A stretch of 64,000 nucleotides of DNA, taken from contig OX597831.1 in the NCBI GenBank assembly GCA_951406725.2, forward strand, positions 50,282,001 to 50,346,000. The letters are read 5' to 3'. A model generated the notes under the pieces. The model was not told the origin of the DNA. It saw nothing but the letters and a program-made list of their open reading frames with translations, and made no database searches. Positions 55,563-64,000 of this stretch are shown piece after piece; within the stretch, counting starts at the first letter, position 1, and each line of letters begins with the position of its first letter. Position numbers and translations under genes: made by a program. The stretch is from Octopus vulgaris (taxonomy: Eukaryota).

Positions 55563-56885
55563 CAATATATGTCTAATTAAAACAGTAATCAGACATTTTT
55601 TTTTTTTTTTGCTGGGTCATAAGAGATTTTGAACAGATAGCTGCATTTTTTAAAAAAGCTCTAAGTACGTCTTCATGGTATATATTCAACTACAATGAAA
55701 TTCGGAAATGAGGGATATATGACACCCAATTTTTTTCCTGCATAAACATGCTCATTAACGACACGGCATGATGGAAAGTAGGAAATTCAAAACACTCGCC
55801 TTTCTATTTGGACCGGCGCATTAGAACATTTCAGTGGGATTCACCGTTCTTTTTTGTTGTTATAACATGAAGTCTCAAATAAAAGCAAATTAGAATCTAT
55901 GGAAGCTATTCCTCGTGCTTGATAGTTATACAATTAAAACAGTAATACAATTAACACAATTAATGAAGTACGAAGAATAACCGTGAGATGATATTGCTGA
56001 ACATAATTTCCAGAATTTCATTAACATTTCTCATTTTTACTAAGAAATGTCCTGCAGGTAACGTTAGAAAGTAGCTTTCATTACGCCATAAAAGCTAATG
56101 ACATCACATTTTACTCTTGATTCAGAAAGAAATATTCAGCTCACTACCTGTTTTGGTACGCAAAACCTGATTTGTTTTCAACTTGAAAGCTTGTCTGTCC
56201 GAGCAACTGACGCTACATAAAATTACGTTCTGCTACATCGTTCCTGTCGATAATATATTTGGTCTACACTTATTGTCCTTTGTAAGTCATGTTATATATA
56301 TATATATATATATATATATCATAACAGCGTCGTTTTGAGATCATTTCAGACTTCCTTTTACAGTATTCACTCTTAATATCGTGGTCTGTTTGGCAGAAAG
56401 AAAACAAAGACACCGTTCGATTGAAGCGAATGTCAACGTTCATGTAAATAATTGAATATGTGAAGGGTGTTTCATGAACCGGAACTAGATGGTTGAGTTA
56501 ACTGTCATAATGTTTCCATGTCCATTGCCCGAAACAAGAGTAAAGAAAGCATCCATTTAATTTCTACAATCATACGTAAAATCATAAAACCACGTACGTT
56601 CCATGTCACATATAATCATAAACATACACAGACACACAGAGCAAAACAGGTTTATATAAATACAACTGAACATAGACAGGAATATAGAAGTTTATACACA
56701 CTTACACACATGCAGATTCATATATACACACATGTGCATAAGCACCAACAGATATGCACATTTGAAGCTTAGAGTACACTCACGTTCACACACATTCGCA
56801 CGCGTACGCACACACACTCAACATATACACCCACATATTCGCATACACGTAATTGTTTTTTTTAAATATATGCCGTAACATAATA

Positions 56886-57152
56886 TGTTTGTTCCTTCTC
56901 GAGCCAAAGGGACGGTTTCCCGGTTTCCTTGGCGTAAAGGTTCCCCACCTGGACGGGACGCCGGTCCGTCGCAAACGAGCTGCTAGATGCAGGAGGAAAG
57001 AGTCAGTAGAAATTTGCCATTACCTTCTGCCGGAGCCGCGTGTAGATTAGGTGTTTCGCTCATAAACACACACATCGCCCGGTCTGAGATTCGAACCAGT
57101 AATCCCTGAAACACGAGTCCACTGCTCTAACGACTAGGCCATGTGCCTCCAC
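56886..57152 (-). mobile_element. SINE family B variant with V-domain-like tail (type 3)
   Basis: Colinear with 59635-59933; TGCGACGGACCGGCGTCCCGTCCAGG on minus strand. Confidence 0.85.
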
Positions 57153-57232
57153 GTAATATAAGATACCATAATATATTTCTCCTATATTACATTTACATAT
57201 ACGTATATCTCACTAGGTATAAAGTTTAATAT

Positions 57233-57465
57233 ATATTTCTTTACTACCCACAAGGGGCTAAACACAGAGGGGACAAACAAAGACAGACAAAAGGATTAAG
57301 TCGATTACATCGACCCCAGTGCCTAATTGGTACTTAATTTATCGACCCTGAAAGGATGAAAGGCAAAGTCGACCACGGCGGAATTTGAACTCGGAACGTA
57401 ACTACAGACGAAATACGACTACGCGTTTCGCCCGGCGTGCTAACGTTTCTGCCAGCTCGCCGCCT
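57233..57465 (-). mobile_element. SINE family A with probable target-site duplication
   Basis: Full reverse copy; GTATAAAGTTTAATA on both sides (~57218-57232 and ~57471-57485). Confidence 0.88.
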
Positions 57466-57702
57466 TCTATGTATAAAGTTTAATACATTCAACATAAAAA
57501 ACGCCGAGAAAGCAGAAATGTTAACGCGCCGATCAAAATACTTTGTGGCATTTCGTCCTTCTTTTTAAATTCCGCCTACTTAGCATTTCATCCATCAAGG
57601 TTAATAAAACATGTACCAGTTGAGCACTGGGGTCTATATAGTCGAACTTATTCCCTCCCGCGAACTTACTCGAAACTAATATATTCAACATACATAACTA
57701 CC

Positions 57703-57779
<77 letters not shown>

Positions 57780-59634
57780 GCGCACATACACATGTATATA
57801 TACATATATATGTTTGTGCACGCTGAATTGTAGAACTGACGCCTTGAGTGTCTGCGCGCGAAATGCCTGCGAGTGTAGGAGCGAGAATTTGTGTTTACGA
57901 ACTTATGCATAAATATTTGTTATGTATACATAACAAATATATACATAAATACGTACATATATATATGTGTGTGTGTGTGTACGCGTGCACGCATGTGTGT
58001 GTAATGTGTGTGTATGTGTGTGTGTATGTTTGTGTATATGTGTGTGTAGATACATGCACACGCATATTTGTGTGTACGTGTGGATGTATATGCCTCCTGG
58101 CTATGTGTATAGCTGTATGCGCAATTACTTGATTATCTCCTTGTCTCCGTACTTGAATTCCCTCGACATCGTGTACATGGCGCCACGATAACGAACCACT
58201 TTAGACCCGTGAGGTATAAGTTGGAAATCATCCTTTTACAGTTGCATTGTTTTTTCTGATCTCACGGAATAATTTCAAAATAACTTGTGGACATTAAGTT
58301 TAAATATATCAGAACTTTTGTCAACTGCAATGAATGCCAGCTAATTCCATTCTTAATACCAAGAATGCGTCTCTTTGCAACTGAATAATATTTAATGATG
58401 ATCATACTGATTAAGAGAAACTGAGACAGGTCAAAAGCATAAATGGGTAATTTTTCTCTGTGGGAAATGCACTTTCAGTTTCGGTGACTCTAGAGATGTT
58501 TCCTGAAAATATTACAGGATTTACTTTCCGTAGATAATTCAAGTTCCATATATTTTGCACTGCATTCAGTCAATCGCATTCTGCAGCTTATTAATAGCGT
58601 ATTTTGAATTTTTGGAGAATATTGATTTGATGTTTGTATATACTTTTTTTTCTCGGAAAGTGACTGCTCGTATGTCATTCGCAGGCTCTGTGAATCTGTT
58701 AAAATGAATGACGTAGATATGCAGTTTGTATCGTTGAAAACCAACCTGTATACAGATAATGTGAATAGGATAAAGTGAAAAGGCGTTCAGGTTAGGAAAG
58801 TTTGTATAGACATAATATGTCCACCTTTCATCCTGACGACCAATGGAAGATTGATAACTAAAGGAAGAAAGGTAGATATATCTGTTGAGTTTAAGTGGAA
58901 ATAACATTAAGTATGATGCTAGCTAGCTCTGAGAAGGTGCTGATGTAAGGGACAAGATGATTGGTGAGTCCCGTATATTACCTAGATGCTACAGTATTCT
59001 TATAAATTAATTCCCGCTAAGCAACGATAAGGCTTCATTTTCGGTACGATTTGGGATTCTCCGCCTCAAATGTAAGAGAAATATTCTACTGAAGAGATAT
59101 GATTTCAGTTTTATACTGTGGCTGAAGTTTTCTGAACAAAAGCAGTAATTTATCATCTACAAGCCCTCGCGAAATATAATGCTTTAGGCTACCATACATT
59201 ATCAAACCAGGTGCATAACTCTTCGAACTAACGCACACAATGTTACCATTTTAATACATCAACCTTGAAAATATAACACGCTAGATTATCCTCATATAAT
59301 TTATTTAGCTTATTTTTAGGTTTATTCAAACACAAGTTCATATTAGTTACTCAGCTTTTCAAATGAATATACAGTACCTATTTACTAATTACAGTTTCAT
59401 AACCAAGTAGATACATTCTTGTAGTTTAACCTACAACTACCTTCAGTTATTTGACTTACTGCCATATCAGTGTGAAGCTGTACTGGGAAATATTTTCGGT
59501 TAACATCACGTACCTCATCCTGAAATATATGATATGCGTAGGCTGCCCTACATGCTAAAAGAGTGGATCGCAACAATAGTTGGCATTAGGTATTCACATA
59601 AGAGCTATCTGGGTTAATATATTATATATTATTA

Positions 59635-59933
59635 TTGTTCCTTCTCGAGCCACGCCTGGCTCATAATGGTCGGTTTTCCGGTTTCCATGGCGTATAGGTT
59701 CCCCACTTGGACGGGACGCCGGTCCGTCGCAGGTGAACTGCAAACTGCAGGAGGAAAGAGTGAGAGAAAGTTGTGGCGAAAGAGTCAGCAGAAGTTCGCC
59801 ATTACCTTCTGCTGGAGCCGCGTGGAGCTTAGGTGCTTCGCTCATAAACACACACATCGCCCGGTCTGAGATTCGAACCCACAATCCCTCGACCGCGGGT
59901 CCGCTGCTCTAACCACTAGGCCATTTGCCTCCA
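59635..59933 (-). mobile_element. SINE family B variant with V-domain-like tail
   Basis: Head GGAGGCAAATGGCCTAGTGGTTAGAGCAGCGGAC...GGTTCGAATCTCAGACCGGGCG. Confidence 0.88.
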
Positions 59934-59994
59934 CGGGTTAATATAACTATATCTTATAAACCATTTTTAAGAGTACTGTATATGTTCTTCAATA

Positions 59995-60140
59995 TTTGAC
60001 CCAAAATTCCACCGAGGTCGACTTTGCCTTTCGTCCTTTCGGAGTCGATAAATTAAGAACCAGTTGCGTACTTGGGTCGATCTAATCGACTGGCCCCCTC
60101 CCCCAAGATTTCGGGCCTTGTATCTAGAGTAGAAAAGAAT
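59995..60140 (+). mobile_element. SINE family A 3' part, alternative tail
   Basis: Core GAGGTCGACTTTGCCTTTC...; tail CCCCCAAGATTTCGGGCCTTGTATCTAGAGTAGAAAAGAAT. Confidence 0.8.
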
Positions 60141-60612
60141 ATTTGTCACAAAAGTTTCAGATTATATCATGCCTACGTGCTCGTGCATCCAGATTTTCAA
60201 TAGCAAGGATATTTTAATATCTAGTTAACTATTTTATCTTTCAATACTAAATATAGTAATGAGAGTCTTGCATGTACTACCGTTCAATAGCTTCACATTA
60301 CCGTCTTCAGCTTTTAGAATTTAATGTCACTATGAATTAATGATTACTTATAACAGTAATTGAAGCCTGTGTGTGTGTATATATATAATATATATATATA
60401 CTGTATATATATACTGTATATATATAGACAAATGAATGAATTTGGCTTTTAGTATATCGGCTAGACATGTCAAATACTTCCATTGTTGCAGCAGTTTCAA
60501 AGTTTAGTTTATCGTGGAATCCTTACAAAAATAATGTGTCCAATTCCTACGGCCTGCCCACTCCATCCGAATTTTAATAAGCAGAATTTGCCATCAGAGA
60601 TTTTGTGCGTGT

Positions 60613-60647
<35 letters not shown>

Positions 60648-60878
60648 CACACACTCATATAACGTATATCAGCATTATGTAGAAATGGATAATAGAATGT
60701 TTTAATAAAATATGAGTTTTTGTTTTGTTTTGTGTTTTGTTTTTTCGTGGGAGGAGCCTTATCTTATTGAGCCTCAGCATTTTTACATGGAACACGGATT
60801 TTTTCCCCTGTTACCCACTTTAAGAAATATTATATTAATGGACTCTTAGGGAGATGATAGGTAAAAATTGACTCTAGA

Positions 60879-62494
60879 CACTTATCGTGAGTTGATTTTT
60901 CCTTGTTACTGCGTTACACGTAAATTTTGTTAAACGTTTTTTCTTGTACGGTCGCGCGGGGTTTGTCTGTCGGAGTTGAGACAGACAAGGACGGCCCCTC
61001 CCTGATGGGAGAGACGGCTAGAGTATTCGAAACCCTATCGGACTTGTCTACGTTTGAGGAGGAGTTGGAGGAAGCGGTGAGGAGAATGGACCAGAAATTA
61101 GGTTATACCTATGCTGGAGTAGCTAAAAAATCGGAGGAGAGAGAGTTGGACTTAGCCAAGCTGCCAAGTTACCAAAAGTTTATTAAGAAGGACGGCGGTG
61201 AGGTGGAATTAGCACCGCCACCAAAGCGCAGAGAATGGTACCAGAAAAGAACCATTACATACAGGGTCTACGCAAACGGAAAGACAAAGATCGAAGTGGT
61301 GAATATGGAGTGGATAGAGGAGGCTCTGAGAAGAACAGAAGAGGAAATAATATTTCTGACTAGAGGTACAAGCTATGGTACTGTGGTAGTACAGTTCAAG
61401 AGTGAGAATATAGCAAGGAGGATGGCGGCTAAAGCAGTGAAATCTGAGAGGGTATTCCTTTTGCCCTCTTACTTAAATAGGAAAATTACCAGAATAAGGG
61501 TCGAGGGAATACCCCCAAATGTCGAAGCAGAGTGGATTGTGGCAGCTATAATTAGCGGTCATGAGGATGAAGTGGACATCCTCCATGCCACGGTAAAGAC
61601 CGAGGGCTGGAGGGGCGCAGCACTGGATCTGAATGTACAAGCAGAAGATGATGTACTGGAGAACCTAACAGAAAATATCAGATTGGGAGACGTAATCATG
61701 AGAGTGTGGGTGGAGGGCAGAGCTCCACGGTGTTACAAGTGTGGCCTGAGGGTCCACATAAGAGCTAACTGCCCTCCCCCAGAGAAAGAAATGGATGCGG
61801 AGCCACGAAGAGAGGCGGGAAAAGAACAGAAACCAGAGGAGAAGGAGACAATAGAAGAAGAAAATTCACAAGAATGGGAAGAAGCCAGGAAAAAGAGGAA
61901 GAGGAGAATAAGAGGAAAAGAAAACAACATGGAACCCCAATCCACCCCAACACCACCCACACCCTCTGAGTCCCACCCTCTCCCTGCAGACAGTGAACCC
62001 ACCCGCTCCCCTCCAACAAGAAAACAGAAAAGAAAAGACACACAAAACCAAGACACAAAAAATGAACCCAGGCCAAACATTGTATGTATGACGGGAAAAG
62101 AAAAGATTAAAAAGAAAATGGAAGAGTATCAATGGTGTGACAGAGGAACGATCAGGTATGCAGTAATTGGAAAAGAACGAATGGACGAGTTTATGGAGGT
62201 GTGTGAAAGGGAGGATTGGGAAGTAGGTGAAGTGAGAATGGTTGAAAAAATCATGAGGGATTTGGAAGAGACGTTTGAAAAAAGGATGGAGATGGAAGGA
62301 TTTTGTATAGGAACTGAACAAGGAGCATTTGTGTGGGATTAACAACTAAAGGACAGGTAAGTGATGCTAGCGGATGGGGCCGTTAGCATCACTTTCATAA
62401 TATCATTTTCAAAATTCATCTTTCATTCTTTGTAATTGTGATGTTCTATGTCCCCAATGTTTGTAGTGTCCCCTCGTGGGTAATAAAGAAAGAA
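60879..62494 (+). mobile_element. ORF1-only non-autonomous non-LTR retroelement (HAL1-like architecture), apparently complete
   Basis: 16-bp TSD AAAAATTGACTCTAGA at 60863-60878 and 62495-62510; one ORF; AATAAA at 62482; no ORF2 sequence. Confidence 0.88.
61005..62342 (+). CDS. Gag-like/ORF1p nucleic-acid-binding protein with CCHC zinc knuckle (L1/Tx1-type ORF1-like), 445 aa from first ATG
   Basis: Uninterrupted ORF; RRM-like segments (GTVVVQFKSE..A; RIRVEGIPPNV), V.VEG.APRCYKCGLRVHIRANC (CX2CX4HX4C), W...RKKRKRR basic patch, P/S/T-rich linker. Confidence 0.85.
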   Translation: MGETARVFETLSDLSTFEEELEEAVRRMDQKLGYTYAGVAKKSEERELDLAKLPSYQKFIKKDGGEVELAPPPKRREWYQKRTITYRVYANGKTKIEVVNMEWIEEALRRTEEEIIFLTRGTSYGTVVVQFKSENIARRMAAKAVKSERVFLLPSYLNRKITRIRVEGIPPNVEAEWIVAAIISGHEDEVDILHATVKTEGWRGAALDLNVQAEDDVLENLTENIRLGDVIMRVWVEGRAPRCYKCGLRVHIRANCPPPEKEMDAEPRREAGKEQKPEEKETIEEENSQEWEEARKKRKRRIRGKENNMEPQSTPTPPTPSESHPLPADSEPTRSPPTRKQKRKDTQNQDTKNEPRPNIVCMTGKEKIKKKMEEYQWCDRGTIRYAVIGKERMDEFMEVCEREDWEVGEVRMVEKIMRDLEETFEKRMEMEGFCIGTEQGAFVWD

Positions 62495-63394
62495 AAAAAT
62501 TGACTCTAGATGAATGTTGCTAATTTATATTGTAGATGCAGTGTAAGTTTCTACATAGTACAATCCATGTTTCTGTGGCGCAGAATATTCTGTCTCAGAG
62601 AATCCAGTGCACAGTTGATGTTTATTTACGTTATTTACATATCGGCCATCGAAGAAAGAAGTCAAATGGGGTATGATTTTAACTCAAAAGGTAAAATTCC
62701 ATAACTAAATACCGTAAATCCGGTATACGCAATAGAAGCAGTATTAAATTAAAGTAGCAATCTATGTATCATAATCAATGTTTATACACAATTTATACGC
62801 CAGTTATTGAAGAATTCAGCTGAAGCTCAGAAAGGTTGAAATACATTTCATGTTCCCACTGGCCACTGCTGGGAACACTTTTCCCCTCTCCCTGACAATT
62901 ATTGTGTTCTTAACAGAGTATGTCATTAAGAGATAATATCTCAGGAGAAATACCACAGTAACTGGCTTATGAGCGGTGTATATGCATTAACCATGATGCA
63001 TAGATGGCTATATTACATACTGTAAAATATTCCGTAGGACTCTAAAGAAAACTTCAATCAATTTGCTTTTCTCTTGATATATTCTTACTGGGCATCAGTT
63101 CACCGACCTAATATCGCCTCTCCTTAAACCAGTTATAATATTTATTTATTTATTTATTTATTTAGCGTTAAATGTATTACTGAGTCCGTGTCAGTAACAC
63201 CTTGCAATGACTTCACACAATCTTCTATATTTTAAAAAGTGTAATATCAGCAACAGTAAATAGCTACTTATAGCAACGACAAAAATAATCCTATCCCGAC
63301 AAAATCCTATATAAATCTTTAGGTTAGTTAGTTGTTTGAAATTATGGAATATCGGGTTAAACTCATAATATTTACTTTTGATATTTTTCATCTC

Positions 63395-63752
63395 TGGACG
63401 ATGGCGAGCAGGGTGAACCGTCAGCGGCATTTCGTTCGTCTTTACGTTTTGAGTTCAAATTCCACCGAGGTCCACTTTGCTTTTCATTCTTTCGGGGGTC
63501 AATAAAATACGTATTAGTTCAGTACTGGGGGTTAATGCAATCGACTTATCTGAAGTTGTTGGCCTTCTACCAAGATTTGAAACCAATAATTTTAGTTCTA
63601 GAAGGCGGTGAACTAGCAGAATCGTTAGCAAACCGGGAAAGATGGTTAGTGGCATTTCGTCCGTATTTACATTCTGAATTCAAATTCTGCTGAGGTCTAC
63701 TTTGCTTTTCATGTTTTCGGGGTCGATAAAATAAGTACCAGTTGAATACCAA
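63395..63752 (+). mobile_element. Two tandem family-A SINE copies
   Basis: Repeated GCATTTCGT.CGT.TTTAC.TT.TGA.TTCAAATTC...GAGGTC.ACTTTGCTTTTCAT. Confidence 0.8.
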
Positions 63753-63870
63753 TAATTTCATCCGACTTCACAGAAACTTTTGGTGTTGCGGCACTTTGTC
63801 CGTCTTCACAGTACCTTCGACAGAAGTTTATTAAACTTCTGCTATCTATACATTAGTATAGGCACCTATG

Positions 63871-64000
63871 TGGAGGTACATGGCCTAGTAGCTAGAGCAG
63901 CGGATTCGCGGTCGAGGGATCGCTGGTTCGAATCTCAGACCGGGCGATGTGCGTGTTTATGAGCTAAACTCCACGCGGCTCCGGCTGAAGGTAATGCCGA
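63871..64000 (+). mobile_element. SINE family B head (runs off the window)
   Basis: GGAGGTACATGGCCTAGTAGCTAGAGCAGCGGATTCGCGGTCGAGGGATCGCTGGTTCGAATCTCAGACCGGGCG. Confidence 0.85.

Noticed and set aside
61733-62345. Minus-strand hydrophobic ORFs overlapping the ORF1 gene
   Set aside because: Antisense shadows of a purine-rich coding strand.

Overview
AT-rich eukaryotic (animal) genomic DNA made almost entirely of microsatellites and mobile-element debris; no host protein-coding gene could be supported. The SINE families and the (TA)n/(CA)n/(GATA)n/(AAT)n landscape look to me like an octopus (coleoid cephalopod) genome, which is an inference. Most ORF-track entries are translations of microsatellites. 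Recognisable content: (i) many Penelope-like element (PLE) insertions in (TA)n arrays, including two C-terminal GIY-YIG endonuclease remnants, several asymmetric fold-back insertions and about a dozen type-I hammerhead-ribozyme-like loci with palindromic stem III and core variants (one with a compensatory U3-A8 pair); (ii) an apparently complete 1.6-kb ORF1-only non-LTR retroelement (intact zinc-knuckle ORF, AATAAA, 16-bp TSD) whose 3' end matches the tail of an abundant SINE in this window; (iii) several modular tRNA-derived SINE families; (iv) decayed R4/Dong, RTE, CR1, Gypsy, Tc1 and mariner elements; (v) a degenerate (CCCTAA)n tract. All assignments come from reading the sequence by eye; no searches or folding programs were run.
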